From: Nitrosopumilus sp.
GTDB taxonomy: Archaea; Thermoproteota; Nitrososphaeria; Nitrososphaerales; Nitrosopumilaceae
Direction of reading: 5' to 3'
DNA length: 64,000 nt
Assembly (NCBI GenBank): GCA_965205215.1
Contig: OZ242041.1
Coordinates: 1,280,001 to 1,344,000, forward strand
Below the pieces are notes generated by a model. It worked only from the letters and a program-made list of their open reading frames with translations. It did not search any database and was not told the DNA's origin. A program made the position numbers and the translations under genes. Below are positions 50,010-59,493 of this stretch, piece after piece (the first letter of the stretch is position 1; each line of letters opens with the position of its first letter).

Positions 50010-50583
50010 GCGTTATCACCTTTCCGGATCTGATCTCCGCTGCAATTCGTACTGCGTTCTTGATGTCTGCATCAAACGTGCCCCTTAGTTCCTGGTTGTA
50101 TATGGTCGCGGCCGGGTGTATGGTGACAAAGTACATCCTGCCGTTCATGGACGCGGTCTTTCCCCTGTTCTTTGTGATCTCGGATCCCCCGAGGATGGAT
50201 CCGAATGCCGTGTTCCCGAGTATGCAGATTATGCTCGGGTTGACCGCCTCGATCTCCGCTTGGAGGTACTCTGAGCACTGCTGCCGCTCGTCGGCAGTCG
50301 GGACGCGGTTGTCGGGAGGCCTGCACTTTACCACGTTTGTGATGTAGACGTCGCCCCTTGCAAGCCCCGCCCTGGCCAGGGCCCCGGCCAGCCTGGTGCC
50401 CGCGGCGCCTACAAAGGGCTCGCCGCGCGCGTCCTCGCTCCGGCCCGGCGCCTCGCCTACCAGCATGATGTCCGCTCCGTATCCCCCGCTGCCCGGCACC
50501 GCGTTGGTTCTTGTGGCGCAGAGGCCGCACCTTTGGCATGACTCGACGTCTGCCCTTATGTCATCCAGTCTTGCGGCCGTCAC
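49993..50583 (-). CDS. udg: Family-4 uracil-DNA glycosylase
   Basis: C..C.L, GEAPG..ED..G.PFVG, NVVKCRPP.NR, HPAA. Confidence 0.93.
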   Translation of the reverse strand: MTAARLDDIRADVESCQRCGLCATRTNAVPGSGGYGADIMLVGEAPGRSEDARGEPFVGAAGTRLAGALARAGLARGDVYITNVVKCRPPDNRVPTADERQQCSEYLQAEIEAVNPSIICILGNTAFGSILGGSEITKNRGKTASMNGRMYFVTIHPAATIYNQELRGTFDADIKNAVRIAAEIRSGKVITPDILY

Positions 50584-50611
50584 GCTGCTTCGCACCTCTC
50601 CCTTCTCAGTC

Positions 50612-52081
50612 TCATATGCTGCCCACGGTGGCCTTGCCGCGTACGGAGGGGCCGCCGTTTCCCATCGCAAGGGACTGCATAGGATCCCCCTTGCCGCAGT
50701 TTGTTATGGGCGTTACCTCAAAGTCCTTGCCGCACGCCGACACCGATCCGAAAAGGCCTGGGGCTGTCCCGGACACTACGACGTCCCTTACCGTCTCTGC
50801 CAGCTCGCCGCCTGTGATCTTCCGCGCGTACTGGCACGAGATGCTCCAGTTGTACCTGTTCATGTCTATTGACGGTATCTTCATGTCATATATTGCATAT
50901 CCGTCCCTGATGTCCCGGATCATCTCGTCGACGGCGTGGTCGCCCGGTTCTATGCACGTGCAGGCCATGCGTATCAGCGGCATGAACCCGTAGCCGGCGG
51001 CCCTCATGTTGCCCGTGGGCTCGGCGCCGTACGCGGCGGCAGTCTCCCTGCTCTGCATGTGGCCTTGCAGGACGCCGTGCTTGACCAGCTGCGTCCTTGA
51101 GGACTTGACCCCCTCGTCGTCATAATCGTACCACCCGAGGCTGCCGGGCGCGGTTGGATCGTCAAACACGCTCAGCGGCTCTGATGCTATCTTGCTGCCT
51201 GTCATGCCGCCCCACCACGCCCCTCCGGCCCATGCCATCTCCCTTCCCATCACGCGGTCGGCCTCTGAGGGGTGGCCCAGGATTTCGTGCACAAGCAGGG
51301 CCACAAAGTTCGGGTTCATTACGACGTCCGCGTCGGCCGTACGCTTTGCCGTACCGGCCGCTGCAAGATCCGCGGCCCTTGACGCTACGTACAGCCCCCT
51401 TGAGTGTGACTCGCCGTCTATCGCCTCCAGTCCTCCTCTGCCGCCGACAGTCGAGTCGACTGTGCGCGTAATGCGGCCCCCGCTCCTTGCATTGTCCGCA
51501 GTCGCAGTCGCGGTCATTGAGATTGTGGTGTCCGTATACTCCTCAAGTATGTCGGCGCCCTCGCTGCTTGTAAAGTATTTTGCGACCTTTTCAAACTGCG
51601 GGGCCGTAACGGAGTTTGTTATGTGCGGCATGCCTGAGATGGCCTTGCTGCACTCGAGTCCCAGCGACATGATCGAGTCGGGGTCCGGATTCTTTGCAAC
51701 GCGGCGGGTGATCCTTGCGGTGCGGGGCCTGATGTCGCGTAGTGCGATGCTGGCGCGTGGCGCCGTTATCGTCTTTCCTGCATGCGGCCCTTCCTCTTCC
51801 ACCTTCCGCGCCCCCGGGCCGGCTCCGTCTATGGCGCCTCTCACCTCGTCTGCCGATTCCGGACTGGATACTGACACGAACCTCCAGACGCGTCCGCCGT
51901 CAAGAATCCTGATGCCGAGCCCTGAATCAGACACGTCCCTGACATGATCGATCCTGCCGTTCTCCACGAGTACCTGTGTGCCGGTGCGCGTCTCTGCCCT
52001 GGCGTCGCAGTATGCGACCCCCGGCAGGCCTGACGCATACCTGACTGCCCCGCAGGCCAGGTCCTCCAGATGCCCGTCCAT
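50612..52081 (-). CDS. tldD: TldD/PmbA family metalloprotease (TldD)
   Basis: HEILGHPSEAD, YDDEGV, TGNMRA, CGKG. Confidence 0.9.
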   Translation of the reverse strand: MDGHLEDLACGAVRYASGLPGVAYCDARAETRTGTQVLVENGRIDHVRDVSDSGLGIRILDGGRVWRFVSVSSPESADEVRGAIDGAGPGARKVEEEGPHAGKTITAPRASIALRDIRPRTARITRRVAKNPDPDSIMSLGLECSKAISGMPHITNSVTAPQFEKVAKYFTSSEGADILEEYTDTTISMTATATADNARSGGRITRTVDSTVGGRGGLEAIDGESHSRGLYVASRAADLAAAGTAKRTADADVVMNPNFVALLVHEILGHPSEADRVMGREMAWAGGAWWGGMTGSKIASEPLSVFDDPTAPGSLGWYDYDDEGVKSSRTQLVKHGVLQGHMQSRETAAAYGAEPTGNMRAAGYGFMPLIRMACTCIEPGDHAVDEMIRDIRDGYAIYDMKIPSIDMNRYNWSISCQYARKITGGELAETVRDVVVSGTAPGLFGSVSACGKDFEVTPITNCGKGDPMQSLAMGNGGPSVRGKATVGSI

Positions 52082-52184
52082 GTCTCTGCGTGACGCGCCC
52101 CTCTCCTAAACTCTTACTGTTGGTCTATGGTTCCTGCCGGCCCCTTTGCCGCCCCCGCGCCCGGTTTATGGACACGAGCTGTCG

Positions 52185-52337
52185 TTAATCTTCGGCCTTG
52201 CCGGAAATTCCGGGCATTGTGAAGTAGTACTCGTCCTCGAATTCAAAGTCCGTGGAGCCCTTTGACCGGAGCGCCTTGAAATACTCTGCGCAGTCCTCGT
52301 AGAACTTGGTGTTCTGCGCACGCCGCAGTCTTCCCAT
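52185..52337 (-). CDS. 50-aa aromatic/acidic small protein (absent from the ORF track)
   Basis: MGRLRRAQNTKFYEDCAEYFKALRSKGSTDFEFEDEYYFTMPGISGKAED with strongly GC3-biased codons. Confidence 0.65.
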   Translation of the reverse strand: MGRLRRAQNTKFYEDCAEYFKALRSKGSTDFEFEDEYYFTMPGISGKAED

Positions 52338-52607
52338 GCCGTGCAGTCAAGGGCCGTGAATATGCGGCGCGATGTTGGATTTTCCGGCCCGTTTGGCGCG
52401 TATTTCTTGAGCCTTGACGCCGCATGGCCCTGCCTCCCCGCCGCTGTCCCGGCCACCCCAAAAAACATCATCCCCATCATCACCATCCCCGCCAAAAAAC
52501 ACCGCCGCCTTGTCACATGCGCTTCTTTTTTTTTCGGCACCCAGGCCGTGCCATGTCATGTGTCTGCGTACAAAGGGTTTTATCACGAGCCGGGGCCGTC
52601 CCCTTGA

Positions 52608-54737
52608 TTGGACAAGGTTGTGGCAGACACAAGCGTCGTGATAAGCGGACAGCTTGCATCCCAGATTGAATCCGGCTCGGTACGCTCCGTTGAGGTGATA
52701 ATTCCGCAGGCAGTGGTCGACGAGCTGCAGTCCCAGGCCTCGTCCGGGCGCGGACAGGGATTCGTGGGACTACAGAGGCTTGACCACCTCCGCGAGATGG
52801 CCGGACAGTTCGGGCTTGAGGTGTCCCACAGGGGCCAGCACGTCTCGTCTGCTGACATAGACCTAGCCGGGTCAGGGCGCATAGACGCGATAATAACCGA
52901 CGTGGCAAGGGACGAGGGCGCCACGCTCTACACGTCTGACAAGGTGCAGCACTTGGCCGCCAAGTCCCAGGGGATCCCGGCCGTCTTTCTGAGGGACGAC
53001 GCCGCCCGCGGGCCCTCCGAGGAGGACCTGGAGTTTCTGCGGTTCTTTGATTCTGATACGATGTCCGTCCACCTAAAGGAGAGGCAGCCGCCCCTTGCAA
53101 AGAGGGGCAGGCCCGGCGAGTTCAAGCTGGTGGAGATTCCGTCTGACCCGCTTGACCGGCAATACCTTGAGACGCTGTCCTCGCAGATAATTGACGCCGT
53201 ACACGCCACGGAACAGAGCACGGTTGAGATCTCCATGGAGGGGGCCACAGTGGTGCAGCACGGGGACTATCGCATTGCAATGACGCGCCCCCCCTTCTCC
53301 GAGTCCTTCGAGGTTACGATCGTGCATCCGACGACGAAGATGTCCCTGTCTGACTACGACGTGTCAGAGGCCCTCACGAAGAGGCTCAGCGGGATGGCAG
53401 AGGGCATCGTGATTGCGGGGCCGCCCGGCTCCGGGAAGAGCACGCTTGCCTCCAGCCTGGGGAACTTTTACCACCAGCAGGGCCAGATAGTAAAGACGTT
53501 CGAGTCGCCAAGGGACCTGCAGGTGGACTCGGGCGTCACGCAGTACAGCAAGCTTGAGGGCAGCTTTGAGAACACGGCTGACATACTGCTGCTCGTGCGG
53601 CCCGACTATACCATATTTGACGAGGTGCGCCGCAGGGAGGACTTTGAGACGTTTGCGGATCTGAGGATGACCGGTGTCGGAATGGTCGGCGTGGTGCACG
53701 CAAACTCGCCCATCGACGCCATACAGCGGTTCATCGGCAAGATAGAGCTTGGCATGATCCCAAACGTGCTTGACACGGTGATCTTCGTCAGGGCCGGCAG
53801 GATAGACACCGTGTACGACCTCCGGCTGGAGGTAAAGGTGCCGTCGGGCATGACCGAGTCGGACCTTGCGAGGCCCGTTATAGTGGTGAAGGACCTTGAG
53901 CGCAATCGCGCGGCATACGAGGTGTACACGTTTGGCGAGGAGAACGTGATAGTGCCGATATCGCCGGACAAGGCCGGCGGGAAGAGCCGCGGGGGGGTCT
54001 ACAGGCTGGCCTCCGAGAAGGTGCTTGAGGTGGTAAGAAAGTACGACAGGCGCGCAGAGGTGGAGTTCGCGTCCGAGGACAGGGCCAGAATTATTGTATC
54101 AAAAAAGCACAAGGCCCGCATAATAGGCAAGGGAGGCTCCAAGATAGAGCAGCTCCAGGACCACCTCGGCGTCCACCTTGACGTCCGGACCCGGGAGGAG
54201 ATGCAAGAGAGCCGGGAGGCGGCAGGCCTGGATGCGCCGCTCGAAGACGGCGATGCGGGAGGCCGTTACGGCGCGTCGGATACCGAGTATGAGGATCTCA
54301 ACGGCGTTGACGGGGGCAGCTACAACGGCGGCGTCGATTTCAATGGCAGCGGCAACAACAACAGCAGCAGCGGAAATGATGACGATGGCGATGATGATGA
54401 TGGTTATGGCAGCGCCGCCGACTACGACGACTACCGCTCCGGCCGCGAACGCCGCCCGTCGCGCTCTTCTGGGAGGCGCCGTAGGCGCGGTTCTGACGCC
54501 GCCGCTGCCGAGCTGAAGTTCTCATTCTCAAGCAACCGCAATCTGATCCTCATAGACGTGGGCCGAAAGCATCCCTCTAGAAACGTAGAGATTGTGGGCC
54601 GCGACGGCAGGCAGATTGCGACCGGGTGGACGAACAAAAAGGGCGTCGTAAAGATCTCGACGCGCGCGCCGGGGGGCCGCGCCATACTTGACACCGACTT
54701 GCCAGAACGCGATATTGTGGTAAGGCTGGCCGACTGA
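52608..54737 (+). CDS. PIN-domain ATPase with KH domain (PINA-like)
   Basis: VADTSV PIN domain, GPPGSGKST, VRPDYTIFDEVR, IIGKGG KH motif. Confidence 0.9.
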   Translation: MDKVVADTSVVISGQLASQIESGSVRSVEVIIPQAVVDELQSQASSGRGQGFVGLQRLDHLREMAGQFGLEVSHRGQHVSSADIDLAGSGRIDAIITDVARDEGATLYTSDKVQHLAAKSQGIPAVFLRDDAARGPSEEDLEFLRFFDSDTMSVHLKERQPPLAKRGRPGEFKLVEIPSDPLDRQYLETLSSQIIDAVHATEQSTVEISMEGATVVQHGDYRIAMTRPPFSESFEVTIVHPTTKMSLSDYDVSEALTKRLSGMAEGIVIAGPPGSGKSTLASSLGNFYHQQGQIVKTFESPRDLQVDSGVTQYSKLEGSFENTADILLLVRPDYTIFDEVRRREDFETFADLRMTGVGMVGVVHANSPIDAIQRFIGKIELGMIPNVLDTVIFVRAGRIDTVYDLRLEVKVPSGMTESDLARPVIVVKDLERNRAAYEVYTFGEENVIVPISPDKAGGKSRGGVYRLASEKVLEVVRKYDRRAEVEFASEDRARIIVSKKHKARIIGKGGSKIEQLQDHLGVHLDVRTREEMQESREAAGLDAPLEDGDAGGRYGASDTEYEDLNGVDGGSYNGGVDFNGSGNNNSSSGNDDDGDDDDGYGSAADYDDYRSGRERRPSRSSGRRRRRGSDAAAAELKFSFSSNRNLILIDVGRKHPSRNVEIVGRDGRQIATGWTNKKGVVKISTRAPGGRAILDTDLPERDIVVRLAD

Positions 54738-54768
54738 CAGACTGCTACTACTGTTGCTGCTACTGGAT

Positions 54769-55284
54769 CTAGCGCGCGGCATCCGAGTCCGTCTTGCCTG
54801 CTGGCTTGCCGTCTTCTCTCCGGGACGTCCCCCCGAATCCGGATATTACGCCTGGGTTTGCCTTCAGGTATGTGACGAACTTTCGCAGCTGCCTGGTGGT
54901 CTCCGGGTTGAGGTGGTGCTCTATGCCCTCGGCGTCCTGGCTTGCCGCGTCGTGCCTGATCCCGAGCATCCCGAAGAACTCGATGAGCGTATCGTGCTTT
55001 TGCCTTATGCCCTCTGCTATGCGGGCTCCGCTGGGCGTCAGGTTTATTCCGCGGTATTTCTCGTGCTCTATGTGCCCCAGCTCGTCGAGTCTCTTGAGCA
55101 TCTGCGTGACGCTGGGTGCGCTGACGTCCATGTACCTTGAGACGTCAAGCGTGGTGGCATATCCCTTGAGCTCCACCAGTTCTGCAATGACCTCTAGGTA
55201 GTCCTCCATGCGGGAGCTGGAGCGGAGGCGCTCGGACTTGTGGGCCGCCTTTATGGACTCCAGGCGTCTGCTGTCCCTTGCCAT
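54769..55284 (-). CDS. DtxR/MntR family metal-dependent repressor
   Basis: MEDYLE.I, VSAPSVT.ML..L, Y.G..LT..G, DAEGIEHHL. Confidence 0.92.
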   Translation of the reverse strand: MARDSRRLESIKAAHKSERLRSSSRMEDYLEVIAELVELKGYATTLDVSRYMDVSAPSVTQMLKRLDELGHIEHEKYRGINLTPSGARIAEGIRQKHDTLIEFFGMLGIRHDAASQDAEGIEHHLNPETTRQLRKFVTYLKANPGVISGFGGTSRREDGKPAGKTDSDAAR

Positions 55285-55489
55285 ACCCTTGTGACGGGCA
55301 GGCGGGTATAATTGGGTGTTTTCAATGCCGCCCCTGCCTGTGCCGTGCAGGCATGGGCGCGCTTGCACGCGCATCGCGTACGGACGCCGTGCCTGCCCCC
55401 GCCGTGCCCCCGTACCCGAGGCGGGGCTGCCTGCCGGCTGCCGTCCGCGGACGGTGAGTCCTTATCTAGTTATTCTGTCATGCTCGATC

Positions 55490-55834
55490 ATGCATCCGGA
55501 CGACCCCGTGCGCAGGCGCATGGAACGCATCAGGCACATATCGCGCTCTGCCGCGGCCCGCTCCGATCTGTATAAAGACGTCGCAAGGGTGGGGCACAAC
55601 GCCATATCGGACGGCTCCCTGAAGTACCTGAGGAACGCGCCCGCCCCCGGCAAAAAGATCCAAAAGATCGGCTTCATCATGCTCTGGATTCCGGAGCCGA
55701 CCGGCGTCACGTGCGCCGTGGGGGCCCCCATGATCCTAGCGGGACGCTACCTCGAGAAGAGGTACAACAGCTCGACCATACACGAGATCGGGCACGTGAC
55801 AAAAAACACAATCTCCACGATGCGGGACCTGTAG
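55490..55834 (+). CDS. Hypothetical protein
   Basis: KIGFIMLWIPEPTG...AVG.PMILAG hairpin-like hydrophobic segment; genome-like codon usage. Confidence 0.65.
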   Translation: MHPDDPVRRRMERIRHISRSAAARSDLYKDVARVGHNAISDGSLKYLRNAPAPGKKIQKIGFIMLWIPEPTGVTCAVGAPMILAGRYLEKRYNSSTIHEIGHVTKNTISTMRDL

Positions 55835-55919
55835 CGCGTGCGCGCAGCCTGTACACGCTACCGGATCTCGGACTTGACACCGCAAGTACAATTTTAAGAC
55901 GACACGCGGCACGCCGATC

Positions 55920-56411
55920 ATGGCGACGCGTGCGCAGATACTCATACCCATATCGATCGCGGCCGTGATCGTGGGCGTGGCCGGGATTTATTCGATACCC
56001 CAGGATAGCAAGCTTGAGACCGTCGAGTTTCCGCGCGGCATGATAAAGGTGGACGACGTGGCCCTTGAGGTCCAGATAGCGGACACCGAGCCGCGCCGCG
56101 TCAGGGGGCTGATGTTCCAGGAGCAGCTGCCCTACGACCAGGGGATGATATTCGTGTTCCAAGAGCCCGGGGCGTACTCGCTGTGGATGCTCAACATGCA
56201 GTTTCCACTTGACATGATATGGTTTGACGAGGATGGCGCGGTGGTGCACATAGAGCAGGGCGTGCAGCCGTGCAAGACGGCGCTCGAGATCACCACCTGC
56301 CAGAGCATAGTGCCCGGCGGCATGGCAACGTACATCTTGGAGGTCACGGCCGGCTTTGTGGAGATGCACGGCATCACGGGGGACTCGAGGCTCTCCATAA
56401 TCTCGATCTGA
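55920..56411 (+). CDS. DUF192 family protein
   Basis: IADT...R..GLMF, GMIFVF, WM.NM.FPLDMIW, YILEV.AG. Confidence 0.9.
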   Translation: MATRAQILIPISIAAVIVGVAGIYSIPQDSKLETVEFPRGMIKVDDVALEVQIADTEPRRVRGLMFQEQLPYDQGMIFVFQEPGAYSLWMLNMQFPLDMIWFDEDGAVVHIEQGVQPCKTALEITTCQSIVPGGMATYILEVTAGFVEMHGITGDSRLSIISI

Positions 56412-56474
56412 GGCGAGCCGGCGGCCCCGGCCTGCGGCAAATCCTTATTTCTGCACGCGTGCAGTTATGGTATA

Positions 56475-57149
56475 ATGCGAAGGATACTGATGCTGCCCAT
56501 CCTGCTTGGCGCCGCGGCCGCGGTATCCTTTGCGGGGCTGCTGGCATCTGGCGGCCTGACAGCAGAGTTGCCGCCGTCGCCGCCACAACAACCGCAGCAG
56601 CCTGTAGACCTTGGCAAGGTCTTCACGTACTATGACGTCGAGCTCGTCTCTGCGGAGCTGGAGGCGCGAGGACTCTCGCTGTCCCCGCCTGCGCCGATCA
56701 CGGATCATACCATACCCCAGTACTGCGCGTACTATGACGCCGAGGCCGACGGCGGGCTCGCGTCCACCTCGTACTGCACCACGAGCGGCATTGTGGACTC
56801 AAACGGCATCACCGTCGGGAACGTCAACTTGGGCGGCGACACAAGCTCTCCCGTGGTGGCGGTCGTTGCACTTGACCCCGTTCCGCCCACCAGCACGGGC
56901 CGCGGGCACGCAGACGCGATATTTGAGAGCGTGATAGCGGGGCTCGTGTGCGACTGCTGGCGCGAGCAAGAGCCCGGTGGGTTCGAGTCGGTGTCGGCGT
57001 GGATGGCCAAGGCCGAGTCCCTGCTGGAAGAGAGCGCGGACGGACGGCCGCTAAAGTCCACGATATCGGGGCTCGGGGGAACCGACATTATACTAGAGGC
57101 CGCCCCGGCCCCGGGCGGATACCAGTGGACCATGTTCATACTGCAGTGA
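56475..57149 (+). CDS. Exported hypothetical protein
   Basis: N-terminal hydrophobic anchor, CDCW...PGGFE motif. Confidence 0.7.
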   Translation: MRRILMLPILLGAAAAVSFAGLLASGGLTAELPPSPPQQPQQPVDLGKVFTYYDVELVSAELEARGLSLSPPAPITDHTIPQYCAYYDAEADGGLASTSYCTTSGIVDSNGITVGNVNLGGDTSSPVVAVVALDPVPPTSTGRGHADAIFESVIAGLVCDCWREQEPGGFESVSAWMAKAESLLEESADGRPLKSTISGLGGTDIILEAAPAPGGYQWTMFILQ

Positions 57150-57303
57150 CCGCGTGCGCGAGGGACCCTCCCCCGGCGCGCTTGCTTGGACGCCCCCTGC
57201 CGATGCCGCTTCTGCCTGCTTCGCGCCAGCGTTACCCCCCCTGCCTCGTGCATCCTCACGCACAAACAGTAGGTTATTATCCAAACCGCCGGCCGCGCAT
57301 GTA

Positions 57304-58416
57304 GTGGCCGACAAGATAAAGCAGAACTCGCACGTCCTGTTCTACTACAACCGCTCAAAGAAATGGCTCGTGCGCATTGCGCGCGCGGATGTGCTCCACA
57401 CCCACATCGGGGTGCTGAGGCACTCTGACGCAATCGGGAAGGAGTACGGCTCCCGGCTGACCACGAACAAGTCCAAGTACGTCTACCTGCTGCGGCCCAC
57501 GCTGTACGACTATACCATGAAGCTGCAGCACGGGACGCAGATCGTGTACCCCAAGGAGCTGGGATACATAGTGGCGCGCGCGGGGATTGGAAGCGGGCAG
57601 AAGGTACTCGAGGTGGGGACGGGCAGCGGCTCCCTCACGTCGTTTGTGGCCAACGTGGTGCGGCCGCGGGGGCACGTCTACTCCTTTGACGTGGACTCCA
57701 AGTTCATGGAGATCGCGCAAAAAAACATCGACCGCGCGGGCGTCTCAAAGTACGTGACGCTCCAGAACCTGGACATAAAGGAGCTGGATGCGACGGATGA
57801 TGCAGACAGTGACGGCGGCTCTCCTGCCTCCGAACTGCCCGTATCCGGCGCCGACGTGGCGCTGATAGACTTGGGTGATCCGTGGGAGGTGCTGCCCCAG
57901 GTCAGGCGCATGCTGCGGGGCAGTGGCTGCGTGTTTGCAGTGTGCCCCACCATGAACCAGCTTGAGAAACTCTCCGCGTCGCTTGTCGAGAACGAGTTTA
58001 CCGACATTGAGTCTACCGAACTCATACTGCGCAATATAGAGGCCCGCCAGGGCAAGACGCGTCACTCCTTCCAGGGCATAGGGCACACCACGTACCTGTG
58101 CTTTGCGCGCAAGGCCTATTTTGAGAGGGACGCGGACGCGCATGGCGCCGGCGCCGCCGATCGCGTCATTGACGATGATGACGGCGATGGCGGCAACGAT
58201 GACGACGGCAGCGACGACCGCGGGGACGACGGCAACAGCCCTTCCACCACCGCAGGTGTCACCGACACTGCCCGCGCAAAGCCCTCCGCCAAGGCGGGGC
58301 GCACCGCAAAAAAACCCGATCCGCCAAGGCCCAGAAAGGGTGGGCGCACCGCGTCACCAAAGGGCTCCCCGGCCTCAAGAAAGGCAGCGCCTGCAAAGAG
58401 GCCCAAGGCAGCGTGA
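57304..58416 (+). CDS. trmI: tRNA (adenine-N1)-methyltransferase TrmI/Trm61
   Basis: TQIVYPKE, VLEVGTGSGSL, DLGDPW, GHTTYL. GTG 57304 chosen as start. Confidence 0.9.
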   Translation: MADKIKQNSHVLFYYNRSKKWLVRIARADVLHTHIGVLRHSDAIGKEYGSRLTTNKSKYVYLLRPTLYDYTMKLQHGTQIVYPKELGYIVARAGIGSGQKVLEVGTGSGSLTSFVANVVRPRGHVYSFDVDSKFMEIAQKNIDRAGVSKYVTLQNLDIKELDATDDADSDGGSPASELPVSGADVALIDLGDPWEVLPQVRRMLRGSGCVFAVCPTMNQLEKLSASLVENEFTDIESTELILRNIEARQGKTRHSFQGIGHTTYLCFARKAYFERDADAHGAGAADRVIDDDDGDGGNDDDGSDDRGDDGNSPSTTAGVTDTARAKPSAKAGRTAKKPDPPRPRKGGRTASPKGSPASRKAAPAKRPKAA

Positions 58417-58572
58417 TGGCGCCCACTTCCGAACCATCCGTCCTGCACGGCTGCACGACTGGCCTTTTCTGGCCGCGCGCCCGCGCCGCGAGATTGAACA
58501 GAAATTTATTTCCCCGCGACGCGCCCATACGTGTTGCCGACAGGCTTTGATCTCTCATGTATCGGGGAAACG

Positions 58573-59493
58573 ATGTACGGCGTGCCGGTCGTCACGTCCG
58601 GAACCAACGCCTCTGCGCTCTTCCCCGCCCGGGACGAGAATTCGCGCAAGGGGCAGAACGGCAAGACCCTCGTGGTGGGCGGCAGCTACCTGTACCACGG
58701 GGCCCCGATACTGTCATCCCTTGCGGCCCTGAGGTTCGGCTCCGACCTGGTATACACGGCGGTGCCAAAGCATAATGTGTCGGCTACCCGGGCGGCATCA
58801 CCCGACCTGATTGTGGTGCCAATGGCCGACGCCAAGCTGACTAGGGGCTCTGCCTCAAAGCTTCTCGGGATGCTGCCCGTGGGGCTCGACTCTGCCGCGA
58901 TTGGAATGGGGCTCGCCGTGGCCGAGCGCGGGGCGCTGCTGAAACTTGTAAAGTCGCTGATCGAGATGGACGTGCGTCTGGTCCTTGACGCGTCGGCGCT
59001 CGTACCGGACGTACTGCCCCTGCTGCCCGGTTCCAACTGCATCGTCACGCCGCATCCCGGCGAGTTTGAGCACCTCTTTGGTGCGGCGGTGCCCCCGGCG
59101 TCTGACATGGATTCGAGAATACGCGTCGTATCTGAGCACGCCTCTGATCACCGCGTCACGGTACTCCTAAAGGGGCGCACGGACGTCATATCCGACGGTA
59201 CCGGCACCTGCCTGTGCAGCACGGGCGTGCCTGGAATGACGGTGGGCGGAACGGGCGACGTCCTGGCAGGAGTGGCCGCCGGGGCGCTTGCCACATGCAG
59301 GAACCCGATGCAGGCCGCGGTAGCCGCCGCATACACCAACGGGCGCGCAGGCGAGATTGCCGCATCCGGGCGGGGCCACCACCTGCTGGCAAGCGACCTG
59401 ATCGAGGCGATTCCTACGGCCGTCTTTGAATATGACCGGATTGACGCGCGCGGGCGTGTGGAATCCGGGGATGCCGGCGGGGATGGCGCCTGA
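58573..59493 (+). CDS. nnrD: ADP-dependent NAD(P)H-hydrate dehydratase
   Basis: RKG.NG..LVVGGS..Y.GAP, LDASAL, TPHPGEF, GGTGDVLAG. Confidence 0.9.
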   Translation: MYGVPVVTSGTNASALFPARDENSRKGQNGKTLVVGGSYLYHGAPILSSLAALRFGSDLVYTAVPKHNVSATRAASPDLIVVPMADAKLTRGSASKLLGMLPVGLDSAAIGMGLAVAERGALLKLVKSLIEMDVRLVLDASALVPDVLPLLPGSNCIVTPHPGEFEHLFGAAVPPASDMDSRIRVVSEHASDHRVTVLLKGRTDVISDGTGTCLCSTGVPGMTVGGTGDVLAGVAAGALATCRNPMQAAVAAAYTNGRAGEIAASGRGHHLLASDLIEAIPTAVFEYDRIDARGRVESGDAGGDGA

